64,000 bases of DNA from the human T2T-CHM13v2.0 reference genome, Homo sapiens. A program made the translations under genes and the position numbers. The stretch lies in NCBI RefSeq assembly GCF_009914755.1, contig NC_060931.1; one strand, 5' to 3'. The stretch's first letter is position 1. Each line of letters starts with the position of its first letter. The notes beneath the pieces are model-generated. The model did no database searches, was not told the DNA's origin, and worked only from the letters and a program-made list of their open reading frames with translations. Below, piece by piece: positions 40,446-61,255 of this stretch.

Positions 40446-41513
40446 TCACTCCTTGATATAACTGGAGATCTGAGATAACATAACAGCTGTGGCACTGCTA
40501 TGAACCAGAGAGAGGACAGGAGGCTTCCCCAAGGGCAGCTGTAGTTCAGTAATCCGTTAACAAAAGTCTCCCTTCTAAAGTCTCCACCATTTTTTTTAAG
40601 ACAGAGTCTCACTCTGTCACCCAGGCTGAAAATGCAGTGGCACGATCTCAGCTCACTACAGCCTCTGCCTCCCAGCTTCAAGTGATTCTCCTGCCTCAGC
40701 CTCCCAAGTAGCTGGGACTAAAGGCATGTGCCATCACGCCCAGCTGATTTTTGTATTTTTTTTTTTTTTTTTAGCAGAGTTGGGGTTTCACCATGTTGGC
40801 CAGGCTGGTCTCAAACTCCTGACCTCAGGTGATCCTCCCACCTCGGCCTCCCAAAGTCCTGGGATTACAGGTGTGAGCCACCGTGCCCGGCCTAATTTTT
40901 GTATTTTTAATACAGATGGGGTTTCACCATGTTGGTCAGGCTGATCTTGAACTCCTGACCTCGAGATCCACCCGTATCGGCCTCCCAAAGTGCTGGGATT
41001 GCAAGCGTGAGCCACCACGCCAGGCCTTATATGTGTTTTTCTAAATGCACTTAGAAATCAATGGGTAGGGCTTGGCTGCTTTAGGAAACCGTTCCAGAAC
41101 TCTACTCTGCCCATAGACCCAGAAAAACACAAATGAGGACAAATAAGGAAAGCTTAGGTTTTCCCTGGAGAAAGAGGAAAGGTAGAAACAGACAGGACCA
41201 GACGACCGGCCAGACAAGACCACGTGTAAGTGCCAAAAGAACCACACAGGCCACGCCTTTAATTCCAGCACTTTGGGAGGCCAAGGTAGAAAATCACTTG
41301 AGGCCAGGAGCTTGAGGACAGTTTGAGAACAGCTTGGGCAACATAGCAAGACCCCATCTCTACAAAAAATTTTTTAAAGTCTGGGTATAGTGGCTCATAC
41401 CTATAATGCCAACACTTTGGGAGGCTGAGGTGGAAAATTGATCACTTGAGCCCACAAGTTCAAGACCAGCCTGAGCAACATAGTGAGACCCTGTGTCTAT
41501 AAAATTTTTTTTA

Positions 41514-41657
<144 letters not shown>

Positions 41658-42356
41658 TCAAGAAAAAAATGTTTTTTTAATTAGCTGGGCATGGTGGCAT
41701 GCCAAGAGCAGAAATTTGTCAGGGTATTAAGTTGAAACAATAACAGTCCTTTAAAACTTTTATATGCTTAAAAAAAATGACCTTATGCCCCCACCCACTC
41801 CATTCCCTCCTGGTTTAACTACTGCTTATGTTTTATTTTTATTTTTTTGTTGAGACGGGGTCTTGCTCTGTTGCCCAGGCAGGAGTGCAGTGGCACGATG
41901 ATAGCCCAATGCAGACTGGAACTCCTGGGCTCAAACAGACCATCTGTTTCTGGTCAAAAAAAGAAAAAAAAATCATCTGTTTCTGGTCAGAAGTCAGGTA
42001 GCTCAGTCCTTCATGAAGAGGAATGCCTTGCATGAGCTAGATTACTCAAAGGGTCCCAGTATAAAAGATACCTCTTATAAAAGATACCCCCTCCCACCTC
42101 TTAGAAACCTTCAAATGCTAGAAAGAATGTTCCAAAAGGCCGGCTGTGACTAGGAGCTGAATAGAGGCTGCTCCCTCTGAAAAATAACATCACGTCAAGC
42201 TGGGCAAATCTGAGAGCTATGAACCTTCCTAAATGTCAAAATTGCTAAGGTATTTTTAAAACTCAGAAACTTATATTAACAACTGAGAAGAGAAAGCGGT
42301 GGAAAACGTGAAGAAATCACACTTTTGTTAGGTGTTGAATTACTGGAGACGTATGT

Positions 42357-42528
42357 GTGTCATGAACTGAATTGCGTCTCCCAAATTTATATGTTAAGTC
42401 CTAACCTCCAGGACCTTAGAATGTAACTATATTTAGAGATAGGGTCTTTAAAGAAGTTAAGTTAGAATGAGGTCATTGGGGTGGGCCCCAACCCAATCTG
42501 ACTGGTGTCCTTATAAGAAGGGGAGATG
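42357..42528 (+). mobile_element. MLT1A/B-type LTR 5' fragment
   Basis: agaatgtaactatatttagagatagggtctttaaagaag...ctgactggtgtccttataagaagg. Confidence 0.78.
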
Positions 42529-44653
42529 GGGCCATGCATGGTGGCTCATGCCTGTAATCCCAGCAATTTGAGAGGCCAAGGCAGGCAGATCACCTGAGGT
42601 CGGGAGTTCGAGACCAGCCTGACCAACATGGAGAAACCCCGTCTCTACTAAAAATACAAAATTAGCCGGGTGTCGTGGCGCATGCCTGTAATCCCAGCTA
42701 CTCGGGAGGCTGAAGCAGGAGAATCGCTTGAACCTGGGAGGTGGAAATCATGCCATTGCACTCCAGCCTGGGCAACAAGAGTGAAACTCCATCTCAAAAA
42801 AAAAAAGTCAGCTAGCTCATGTCTTTTTATTTTTATTTTTGAGACAGGGTCTTGTTCTGTTGATCAGTTTGGAGGGCAGTGGTACAATCATAGTTTACTG
42901 CAGCCTTGACCTCCTGGGTTCAAGGGATTCTCCCATCTCAGCCTCCAGAGTAGCTGGGACCACAGGCATGTACCACCATGCCTGGCTAATTTTTATGTTT
43001 TTTGTAGAGGTGGGGTCTCTTCATGTTTCCTAGGCTGGTCTCCAGCTCCTGGCCTCAAACAATCCTCCTGCCTCAGCCTCCCAAAGTGCTGGGATTACAG
43101 GCATGAGCCACCATACCCAGCCTCTTTTTATAATGTACTGAAACACTCTTTCAAAGTACTGGTGAGTGCACAATACAATTTTCCTTTAGGTTCAGTTTTT
43201 CTATCCCAGAACTTGCTGAATCTGAATCCCAGCCTTGTGCATTCCTGGACTCTGTTTCTGCCATTCACTCTGAGTGTGGGATGCAGAAACAGCTTTTTAG
43301 ATACTGGTGCTTAATTAACTCCCAAAGGCTTGAAGAAAAAGGTCTTTGGGCCAGGTGCAGTGGCTCACACCTGTAATCCCAGCACTTTGGGAGGCTGAGG
43401 CAGGTGGATCACTTGAGGTCCAAAGTTCGAGACCAACCTGGCCAACATGGCAAAACTTCGTCTCTACTAAAAATACAAGAATTAGCCTGGCATGATGGTG
43501 GGTGCCTGTAATCCCAGCTATTTGGGAGGCTGAGGTAGGAGAAGCGCTGGAACCCAGGAGGCGGAGGTTGCAGTGAGCAGAGATCACACCACTGCAATAC
43601 AGCCTGGGTGACAGAGTGAGACTCAGTCTCAAAAAAAAGAAAAAAGAAAAAGGTATTTGCACATTTCTGATCACAGAGGCCCTGAAGATGGGTCTGCTGG
43701 CCTTTTACTATTCTCAGAAACCTGCTTGGTGTTTGGGAGGAGGGTTGAGAAGGGGGCAAGAGCTGACCTTCCTCGCCCTGCAACTGCACGCGGGGGTGGC
43801 TGTTCTGTGTTCAGTGAGGCGCTAGACTCCAGACCTGTGAGCCCTCACATGTTTTCCTCCCCTTCTCTGGCCAGGCGCCAGTTGGCCCACGTGCCCTTAG
43901 CTTTCAGAGCATCCAACTCTGCCAACCTTGCAGGAAGATCTGGGGGTAGGGGGTTCGGGGAAGAATCTTTATTGGGGCCATACACACTGCAGCCTCATAG
44001 GATGGGTGGGGCAGGAGCCAGGGCCCAGTTGACCCTGATGAAAACCTTAATAGAGATATGTAGCCCAGCTCTGGCCAGGCACAGTGGTTCTCATGCCTGT
44101 AATCCCAGCACTTTGGGAGGCTGAGGCGGGTGGATCACTTGAGCCCAGAAATACTAGACTAGCCTAGGCAACATGACAAGACACCCCTCTTTATTTTATT
44201 ATTTTTTATTTATTTACTTTATTGAGACAAAGTTTCGCTCTTGTTTCGCAGACTGGAGTGCAACCACACGATCTCAGCTCACTGCAACCGCCTCCTGAAT
44301 TCAAGCGATTCTCCTGCTGCAGCCTCCTGAGTAGCTGAGATTATAGGCATGCGGTGCCATGCCCAGCTAATTTTTGTATTTCTAGTAGAAATGGGGTTTC
44401 ACCATGTTGTCCAGGCTAGTCTGGAACTCCTGACCTTAGGTGATTCACCCGCCTCGGCCTCCCAAAGTGCTGGGATTACAGGCGTAAGCCAGGGTGCCTG
44501 GCCAATGCCCCTCTTCATAAAAAACGTATAAAATTTGCAGGGTGCGGTGGCTCTTGCCTGTAATCCCAGCACTTTGGAGGCTGAGGTGGGCAGATCACAA
44601 GGTCAGGAGATCGAGAGCATCCTGGCTAACATGGTGAAACCCCATCTCTACTA

Positions 44654-45160
<507 letters not shown>

Positions 45161-45729
45161 TTATTCAGTTAGCCTCTCACCAGAGCTTAGCGGAGGGGTC
45201 TTCAACTCTAGACTACAAGTTAAGGCAAAGTTTTCAGAATTGAGTTTTTTTCTGTTTTTGTTTTTTTGTTTGTTTTTGAGACAGGATCTCGCTGTGTTCC
45301 CCAGGCTGGAGTACAGTGTTGCAATCATAGATCACTGCAGCCTGGAGCTCCTGGGCTCATGTGATCCTCCCATCTCAGCCTCCCAAGTACCTGGGATTAC
45401 AGTAGAGATGCACCACCATGCCCAGCTAATTTTAAAATTTTTTTGTAGAGACAGGGTCTTGCTATTTGCCCAGGCTGGTCTCAAACTCTTGGGCTCAAGC
45501 AATCCTTTCTCATTGGCCTCCCACAATGTTGAGATTACAAGTGTGAGCCACCACGCCCACCCAGAGTGATTTTTTTTTTTTGAGACGGAGTTTCACTCTT
45601 ATCATCCAGGCTGGAGTGCAGTGGTGCAGTGGTGCAGTGGTGCAGTGGCGTGATCTCGGCTCACTGCAACCTCTGCCTCCTGGGTTCAAGTGATTCTCGG
45701 GATTACAGGTGTGAGCCATCGTGCCTAGA

Positions 45730-45810
45730 GTCCATATTTTGGAATATTTTCAATCTGTGGTTGGCTGAATCCATGGATGGGGAACCTGCAGTTATAAGGG
45801 TCAACTGTAC
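45730..45810. mobile_element. MER2/Tigger2 terminal fragment
   Basis: ggaatattttcaatctgtggttggctgaatccatggatg...agggtcaactgta. Confidence 0.65.
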
Positions 45811-46245
45811 TGGCCTCGTCAGTCTGGAAGTGCCCCTTCTTCTGTTTTCTGGAGATTACGTGTAATTGGTGTTGCTATTTCTTTAACTATGAGCAGACTT
45901 CTCCAGTGAAACTATCTGGGTCTGGAGATACCTTTTTCAAGAGTGGGAGGAAAGAGTTAACACAACAGGTCTGATTCACTCATTTCTCACTTATTTCTGT
46001 AGCCAAAGCGTGGCCATTGGTCAAACTCTGAAAACCAAACTCCTGGAATATTCACATAGTTACCGGGTCAGATGTTATTCTCCACGCCCAAAACAGTGAG
46101 CCCAGATGAACCAGGCTGTCAGCAGGTTTAAAGTAAACATACAGATTCATGATGCTTAGCCAGGCACAGTGGCTCACGCCTGTAATCCCAGAATTTGGCG
46201 AGGCCGAGGCAGGCGGAATCGCTTGAGGTCAGGAGTTCAAGATCA

Positions 46246-46751
<506 letters not shown>

Positions 46752-46886
46752 TAGTAGAGATGGGGTTTTACCATGTTGGCCAGGCTGCTCTTGACCTCCT
46801 GACCTCAGGTGATCCGCCCCCGTCAGCCTCCCAAAGTGCTAGGATTACAGCCATGAGCCAGAAGGAGTCTTGCTCTTGTCGCCTAG

Positions 46887-47051
<165 letters not shown>

Positions 47052-47054
47052 TAG

Positions 47055-47156
<102 letters not shown>

Positions 47157-47594
47157 TAAATAAAGACGAGATCTCACCATGTTGTCCAGGCTGGTCTCAA
47201 ACTCCTGGACTCAAGCAATTCTCCCATCTCGGCCTCCCAGAGTCCTGGGATTACAGGGGTGAGCCACTGTGCCTGGCCTAACTACACAAATTTTGACTCC
47301 AGAACTCAAGTGGGATTTCCTGGGCAAGGACATCTCACACAAATCCTTGCAGTTTGCTCCTGGAAAAGATAAGTCTGTACTGTCCCTGCAGAGGATAAGT
47401 ATGCATTTGACCTTCCAGCCTTCATCTATTAATATCCTTTTTCCTGCTGTCTTTGTATTGTATCCTCCACTGTAATAAACCTTCACCTAGAGTATAACTT
47501 GATCTAGAATCACATGGGTCCTTCCAGGGAATCACCAAACTAGTTGTATGCGACCACGAAGACAAGAAATTCTTTTATTAAAACTATGAATTCA

Positions 47595-47931
<337 letters not shown>

Positions 47932-48349
47932 TTAACACTTTGGGAGGCTGAGGCAGGCGGATTGCTTGAGCCCCAGGAGTTGAAGACCAGCCTGGGCAAC
48001 TTGGCAAAACCCCGTCTGTACAAAAAATAAAAAACTAGCTGGGTGTATTGGCGGGCGCCCGTAGTCCTAACTACTCAGGAGGCTGAGGTGGGAGGATCAC
48101 CTGAGCCCAGGAAGTTAAGGCAGCGGTGAGCTGTGATTGTGCCACTGCACTCCAGTATGGGTGACAGAGTGAGATGCAGTCTCACAATAAAATAAAATAA
48201 AAATAAAAAACCATGAATTCAATTTTTAAAATTGTTACAAGATTTTAAAAATTATGTTTCATATTGAGTGATTTTTGGTAGTTTGTAGTTTTCAAAGAAT
48301 TGGTCCATTTCATCCAACTTGTTGGATTTATATGGGTAGAGTTGCTTAG

Positions 48350-48643
<294 letters not shown>

Positions 48644-49022
48644 TGAGTTCAAGTGATTCTCCTGCCTCAGCCTCCTGAGTAGCTGGGACTACAGGTGCCC
48701 ACAACCATGCCCAGCTAATTTTTTGTATTTTTAGTAGAGACAGGGTTTCACCGTGTTAGCCAGGATGGTCTCGATCTCCTGACCTTGTGATCTTCCCACC
48801 TCGGCCTCCCAAAGTGCTGGGAATACAGGCATGAGCCACCATGCCTGGCCTAATTTTTGTATTTTTAGTAGAGACGGGGGTTTCACCATGTTGCCCAGGC
48901 TGGTCTTGAACCCCTTACCTCAGGTGATCCACCTGCCTCCGCCTCCCAAAGTGCCGGGATTACAGGCATGAGCCACTACACCCGGCCTTGTTTTGTTGTT
49001 TTGTTTTGTTCTGAGGTTTTGA

Positions 49023-49211
<189 letters not shown>

Positions 49212-49545
49212 AATTTTTGTATTTTTTGTAGAGATAGGGTCTTGCCATGTCACCCAGGCTGGTCGCAAACTCCTGAATTGAAGTGATTCGACCACTTCGG
49301 CCTCCCAGAGTGCTGGGATTACAGGCATGAGCCACAACACCTAGCCTCAAATGGAAATTTTAAAACAAAAATACAATAACAAAAATTTAAAACTCACTAG
49401 ATGGACTCAATTAACAATATGAAGGTGAGGAAGAGTCAGTAGACAAACGTGGATTGATAGAAAGCACTCAAACTGGCCGGTCAAGGTGGCTCACGCCTGC
49501 AATCCCAGCACTTTGGAGGCTGAGGTGGTGGATCATTTGAGGTCA

Positions 49546-50064
<519 letters not shown>

Positions 50065-50454
50065 TCAGAAAAAAAAAAAAAGAAAAAAAAATCAATGGGA
50101 TTACTTGGTGTGTTTCTGTTTCTTTCAGGGAAATTTATCAGAAGAAAGAGAAAGGATATTTCAGTTTTCTCTGAAAAGTTGATTTTGAAAAGAGCCCTAT
50201 ATCTTATACATAATTTCCCCATGATTCTCCAGAATTCTAAAAAGGGAAGCACATTGTTAATGTTAATGTTCTTAGGGCTATTTTTGGACTGGACAGAAAA
50301 GCAGAATAGTTTGTGTTTTGTGTGGACTTCAGAGTGCATTGAAGGCTGTAAAATAACCAATCTTGTTAGACATCTGTATCCAAAGTCACAGTACTCCAAG
50401 CATAGTATAACCCTTGTATATTACTAAAGACTACCCCATTGTTATGTTTTTGCC

Positions 50455-50880
50455 TTTTTTTTAATAAACCAGCTTTATTGAGACATAATTTACGGACAAT
50501 AAGTTCTACATATTTGAAATATCAAGTAGATGACTTTTATCAAAGGTATAAAACATTTTCACCTCCTTCACTCCCCTTTACAGTCAATCTCCATTTCACT
50601 CCCCACTCCAGGCAACCACTCATCTGATTGCTCTCTCTATAGGTTAACTTTGCCTGTTCTAGAATTTCATGTAATTAAAATCACACAGTATGTGCCCTTT
50701 TGTGTTTAACACATCTCACTGAGCACAATGTGAGATTCACTCACACTGCATGCATCAGTAGGTTCCTTTTTATAGTTGAGTAGAGGTTTTGGTGTGAACA
50801 TACCACAATTTATTTATTCTCCTCTTGATTGACAAAAGGGTTGTTTAGGATTTTTTTGCTAAGTAAATCTCTTTTGAATG
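50455..50880 (-). mobile_element. Old L1M 3' fragment
   Basis: cagctttattgagacataattt, caggcaaccactcatctg, ttgcctgttctagaatttcat motifs. Confidence 0.75.
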
Positions 50881-50894
50881 TTATTGGACTAGAA

Positions 50895-51362
<468 letters not shown>

Positions 51363-52241
51363 TAAAAGAAAATGTGACTTTTTAACAAAGCAGTCCAGGA
51401 ATACGTTGTAGAGAAAAAAGATGACTGCTTAAAATATGGCTATGGTTAAAATGTTGTCTATATTAAGGAATCTTCATGAGATCCTTGACATCATTGTGAA
51501 CACAATCTTTTGTGATTATGTTACATGATTTTCATCTTTTTTCAATTTATCTAAGTGCTTGGCCATAAAGACACAACTGACCACACTTAACCCCTCTTGA
51601 AGACATTTTTAAATCTCTAAATGAATACTAACTCCAACATATCTATCTTGTTTTTACCACAAGCATTTTGAAAAAGCAGAGTAGGCCAGGTGCAGTGGCT
51701 CATGCCTGTAATCCCAGCACTTTGGGGTGCCGAGGTGGGTGGATCAGCTCAGGTCAGGAGTTCGAGACCAGCCTGGACAACATAGTGAAACCCCAACTCT
51801 ATTAAAAATACAAAAATTAGCTGGGCATGGTGGCAGGTGCCTATAATCCCAGCTACTCAGGAGGCTGAGGCAGGAGAATCACTTGAACAATCCAGGAGGC
51901 AGAGTTTGCAGTGAGCCAAGATCTCACCATTGCACTCCAGCCTGGGTGACAGAGCAAGACTCTGTCTCAAAATAAAAATTAAACAAAAAAAAAAAAAAAG
52001 AAAGGAAAAGAAAAATCTGATGAATGTGGAAAATCTATATGTATTCTTAGAAAAAAATGCTCTTCAGGGCTGGGCGTGGTGGCTCACGCCTGTAATCCCA
52101 GCACTTTGGGAGGCTGAAGTGGGTGGATAACCTGAGGTCAGGAGTTCAAGACCAAACTGACCAACATGGAGAAATCCTGTCTCTACTAAAAATACAAAAT
52201 TAGCCGGGCATGGTGGCACATGCCTGTAATCCCAGCTACTA

Positions 52242-52343
<102 letters not shown>

Positions 52344-52385
52344 TCAAAAGAAAAAGAAAAAACGCTTTTCAAATTTTTGCATTTC

Positions 52386-52706
52386 TGACAACTGGATGTC
52401 CCCACCTGCCAACCAGTCCTGTGGCCCCCACTCAGGAACTGACTTAGCCCAAAAGGACAGCTTTAATTCTCTATGATTTCATCTCCTGCACCCAACCAAT
52501 CAACAGGCCCCCTATCCTAGCCCCTTGCCCACAACACTATCTTGGAAAAATCCCTCATCTCCAAGACGTTAGCAAGATTGATTTGAGTAATAACTCCATC
52601 TCCCACGTGGCATAGCTGGCTTCGCATCAATGAAACTCTTTAATGCCATGGTCTTCAGTGGATTTTGTTTGTGTGGTAGTCAGGAAGAACCCCTTGGGCC
52701 ATTACA
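52386..52706 (+). mobile_element. ERV1 LTR 3' portion (MER34/MER39-like)
   Basis: caggaactgactta, tatgatttcatctcc, ccaaccaatca, tgatttgagtaataactcc, ends ttaca. Confidence 0.7.
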
Positions 52707-52749
52707 AACATGGGGACATTGTAGAGGACCATTTTAGGGACCCCATCCT

Positions 52750-53590
52750 ATTAAGTGCCATGAATACAGAAAAAAATCGTGATTCCATTTACATGTTTTA
52801 GAAGTGAGAGAAACTCCAAATATGATATGGTCAAGTTGTGCAACAGAATTCAGAATTTATTCAATATTACAGTGTTTATATCACAGAGAACATCTTTGTC
52901 ATTTATATAGGCAATTTTCCCTGGGGCTCACATGCTATTGAACACTGTAACGTTTATTTTGGGGAGAATCTGTGGAGATGGGGGAGGCATCGTCAACATT
53001 CCAGTGCAGCATCAGCTAATTCACATGCAACAAAGAGTCTATCAATGCAGAAATGTGCAAGAGCTTTTGGAAAAGTATAGCTCATTCAATATCAGAGAAT
53101 TCACAATGGAGGAAAATCGTATGTGTGTAATGGACGTAAAAATGCTTTGAGATGGTGCCCAGAGCTAATCAGACATCTGGGATTTTGTAGCAGAGAGGGG
53201 CCTTGTGAGTATAATGGATGAGGAAGAACCTTCAATCAGAGTTCCATACTTAGACAATATCAGCTAATTCAGGTGGGACTTAAAATGATCATACGTAATG
53301 AAGACGGAAAACTCAGGGAAGCATGGGGAATACGGAATGTGAGATCATCCACACTGGAGAGAAGTCTTAGGAGTACAATGAGTGTGGAAAATCACTTGGG
53401 GACAAACTTAGCTTTCTCATCATTGGAGAATTCACACAAAAAAAGGAATGAGCTTGGACGGATCATGGGAGAACTTCCAGGCACTAATCAGGCTAATTCA
53501 TCCCGGAGAAAAACCTTGATGATGAAGAAGGGGAAAAAGTCTTCCAGTTTTTTTCCTTATTGGATTTCAGAGAATCCTCAGTGACATATA
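52750..53590 (+). pseudogene. Decayed tandem C2H2 zinc-finger array (ZNF pseudogene remnant)
   Basis: Frame from 53081: LIQYQRIHNGGKSYVCNGRKNALRWCPE/LIRHLGFCSREGPCEYNG*GRTFNQSSI/LRQYQLIQ (28-aa period); IHTGEKS*EYNECGKS near 53345. Confidence 0.85.
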
Positions 53591-54144
53591 GGGAAACTTG
53601 CTGGAGGAATTCAGGGTTTATTAAGATTCACATTAAAGCATTAATCCCATTAAAGTAGGAGTTTAAACTTTTTTGCTTCTTTCACCCCAAAGTTTTCATT
53701 CCTTACGTCTCTGTTGAGGGAATGAAGCAACAGGCAAAAATCAATGGTGCACTGGCTTTGCCTTTCAAAACATCACACAATATGTGGGGTGCAGAAGGAC
53801 AGCATTGAGAGGTGCTGGGTTTGGTGCCAGAATCTGGCAGTTGCAAATTCTAATACATCACAACACACTCATAGGTGGGCCCCATATATCTGATGAACTT
53901 CCAGGGCCACATCTCTACAAATGCTGAAGATTATTTGGAGATGGGAAAATGCGGCTGGGGGTGCTTTTTCTCCAGGTCTGAGTAAAATGAAATAGTGGGT
54001 ATTTCTAAGATATATTAGGAGGATGCCAGTTTCTCTTTGTTTCATATTTTCAAAAACAGAGATTTAAAGAGGACGGGCTAGAGCTCTTATGTTCAGCTTC
54101 TTATTCCATAAGGGAAGAATCAGGCGTATTTCTTGTGTTGAAGC

Positions 54145-54145
<1 letters not shown>

Positions 54146-54201
<56 letters not shown>
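54146..54201. repeat. (AC)28 perfect microsatellite
   Basis: Direct inspection. Confidence 0.98.
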
Positions 54202-54204
<3 letters not shown>

Positions 54205-54279
54205 GTTTGGCAAAAGTCAGACCAGAAGAAAGCTTCTCTCCTACCAACCTCATTCCTTGGCCTTGAACCAGCATTCTAA

Positions 54280-54564
<285 letters not shown>

Positions 54565-54641
54565 TGATCCACCTGCCTCAGCCTCCCAAAGTGCTGGTAT
54601 TACAGGCGTGAGCCATCATGCCCGGCCCATTGAGTTCTTTA

Positions 54642-55209
<568 letters not shown>

Positions 55210-57383
55210 CTAGGCCAGTTTAGTTCCAGCTGCCATCAACTTTTTCCAGTAGTTCCCTTGCTCACACTCAAAATCTCAGGCATTAAAGCCCCACTGAGTT
55301 ACCACAATTCATGGAGTCCTGTTTTAGAAGATGTCTAAGGCCAGGCAAGGTAGCTGACGCCTGTAATCCTAGCACTTTGGGAGGCCAAGGCGGGTGGATC
55401 ATGAGATCAGGAGATGGAGACCATCCTGGCCAACATGGTGAAACCCTGTCTCTACTAAGAATAAAAAAAAAAAAAAAAAAGTTAGCTGGGCGTGGTGGCA
55501 CTTGCCTGTAATCTCAGCTACTTGGGACCCTGAGGCAAGAGGATTGCTTGAACCAGGGAGTCAGAGGTTGCAGTGAGCCGAGATCGCACCACTGCACTCC
55601 AGTCTGGCAACAGAGCAACTCAGTCTCAAAATGAAAAAAGAAGATGTCTGGAACTTGCATGAATATCTCTTTCTTTCCTTGTCTATGTCCCCTAGGCCTT
55701 GGGGTTAGGACTCTGAGCTGGGATTCCTCTGTAGGCTAAGACCAATCCTGATTCTTACTCCCTCCATATGAGCAATAATTTGATTTCTAATGTCTAAACT
55801 TAGGTTGATTTTCCATTGGGAGTTACAGCAACAGTCACGGGGTTCTGAGAAGGGGCGAGGGATGCTTTAGGCTGCAGGTAGCAGAAATCTGCCCAGAAAA
55901 TAAAGACACGTGACTTACAGATCAGTAAGACTGGAAGTGGGGGTTCCAGGATAGGTATGGTGGCTCAACGCTGTCATGGAGGACATAGGCTCTGCCATCA
56001 TCAGTATGTGGGCTTTTCCCCTTGGTCTTGTTGCCTCGTGGTCTCAAGATGGTCCCAGCCATCTCGCCATAAGTTTTTGTTTTGTTGTTGTTGTTGTTGT
56101 TGAGACAGAGTCTCTCTCTATCACCCAGGCTGGAGTGCAGTGGCATGATCTCGGCTCACTGTAACCTCCGCCTACAGGTTCAAGCGATTCTCCTGCCTCA
56201 TCCTCCGAAGTAGCTGGGATTACAGGCATGTGCCACGACATCCAGCTAATTTTGCATATTTAATAGAGACCAGGTTTCACCGTGTTAGCCAGGCTGATCT
56301 CAAACTCCCAACCTCAGGTGATCCACCCACCTCGGCCTCCCACAGTGCTGGGATTACAGGCATGAGCCACCGTGCCTGGCCCACAATTTTTGTATTTTTA
56401 GTAGAGACGGGGTTTCACCATCTTGGCCAGGATGGTCTTGAACTCTTGACTTCATGATCCACCTGCCCTGGCCTCTGAAAGTGCTGGGATTACAGGCGTG
56501 AGCCACTGTGCCCGGCAAATGGGATGGCGTGCTGCATGGGCTGGAAATCCCTCTACATTCTAGCAGCACAGCTAAGTCACCCACCCACTTCTAAGCCAAC
56601 TGACAGCAAAGGGAACAAGTGGCAAACTGGCTGCAATGACACCCACAGGCAGGAGGTCCCCCTGGAATGGCTTCTCTTGGCTCTTTTTGGAGTCCCAGCT
56701 CAGTTCCTGCCCTGTCCTCCTTTATCCTCTCGCCAAAATCAAGCTCATTTTCCCTCCGCGAGGGGATATTCCTCCATGGCATAGCTTATTTTGGTTTTGC
56801 TTCAATGGCCAAGTTTCTTCTCCGGTGTAATTCTGGCCAGCACACTGGTCTGACCAGGCCCTACTTGCCCTTAGGACATCTTGTTGCTCACTGATTTTAC
56901 TGTCTGGTTTTTCCACTCCAATTTCCAAAAGGGGCCATCTGACTGGCCTGGCTGGCTTTCCCTACATTTGTGAGCCAGATGACTTCAAAAATCATTGGCC
57001 AGCCTGTATGTGATCCTGGTCCACTGAACTGTATATCTGGGGGCTTGGGGGGTGGCAGAGAGGCAGGGTCATGTGGTGTGACACAGCTGCCTGGGCAGTG
57101 GTTTCCATGGAGGGGCTGGGGGTAGCACAGGTGATGGTGCAATGGTGTAGGGTATCCATAGAGGGTTCTCAGAGCCCAACAACTGTACGAGATGACAAGG
57201 CTACTCTGTCAGGGAGAGAGACCACATGGAAGAACATGAGGCATCAGTCATGTGACTGCAAAAGCCACTTTGGACATTTCAGCCCCAATAGCTGTGGAGG
57301 AGAGGAGACCTCAGACATAGTGGAGCAGAAATAAACTGGAACACAAGACTCACGGAGCTGGGTGCATCATCACAGATTCTTGA

Positions 57384-58380
<997 letters not shown>

Positions 58381-58622
58381 TGCGATTGTGAGTCGCTTAT
58401 GCACTTGGCAAGTGAGGGCCAAAGGCCCAGTGAGAGACCCAGCTAGAGCTTCAGGGCGCTGGCTTGGCTCTTCTTAACAGGGATCTGGTGCCCTCCACGG
58501 TGGGGACTGGGGATGGGGTAGGGGTGTCTTTACAGCTCTCCATCTAGATCCAGTTTCTTGAGCAATTTCATAGAAGCCTCTCGTTCTATTTATTTATTTA
58601 TTTATTTTGAGATGGAGTCTAG

Positions 58623-58715
<93 letters not shown>

Positions 58716-58754
58716 TAACTAGAATTACAGGCCTGCACCACCATGCCTGGCTAA

Positions 58755-59173
<419 letters not shown>

Positions 59174-59176
59174 TAA

Positions 59177-59667
<491 letters not shown>

Positions 59668-60040
59668 TAAAGTGCTGGGATTACAGGCATGAGCCTCCGC
59701 GCCTGGCTGAGGATATTCTGGAGGCTCATTGTAAATGGCATTCCAGCTATACAATTCCAGGACTTGAGCAATGGAGCCAGCAACCGGCTGTCTCCTGTGG
59801 CCTGTAGAGAACTGGGTAAATACATGAGCCTCTGGTAAGCAGACGGAGAGGCCGCTGGCCAGGGAACTCCCTTTCCTTCTCTCCTGAATGCTCAATGACC
59901 TGCTGACATGTTCGGCAAGTCAAAGTTCAGCAGTGTGGAAGACTTGGCTTTCTAGGAAATGCAGTTCTCACAGGCAGCGCCAACACTAAGAACTAGTTCT
60001 TACTATCTGTGTCAAGATACCAAGAATTTTAACTTACTAG

Positions 60041-60460
<420 letters not shown>

Positions 60461-60486
60461 TAAGGAGTTTGAGACCAGCCTGGTCA

Positions 60487-60936
<450 letters not shown>

Positions 60937-61120
60937 TCATTCAACAGATACTGAGTGCATACCTACTACGAGTCAGATGCTAAGCTGGGCACTGTGGACA
61001 CAGAGACAGGCCTAAGGCATAGCCTTGCTTTCAGAGAGCCCCAAGTTCACATCGAGGGTGGTCCCTGAGCTGGTCATACTTAACTAGGACTGTGAATGCA
61101 CAGCTCCGCAGCAATGGTGA

Positions 61121-61255
<135 letters not shown>

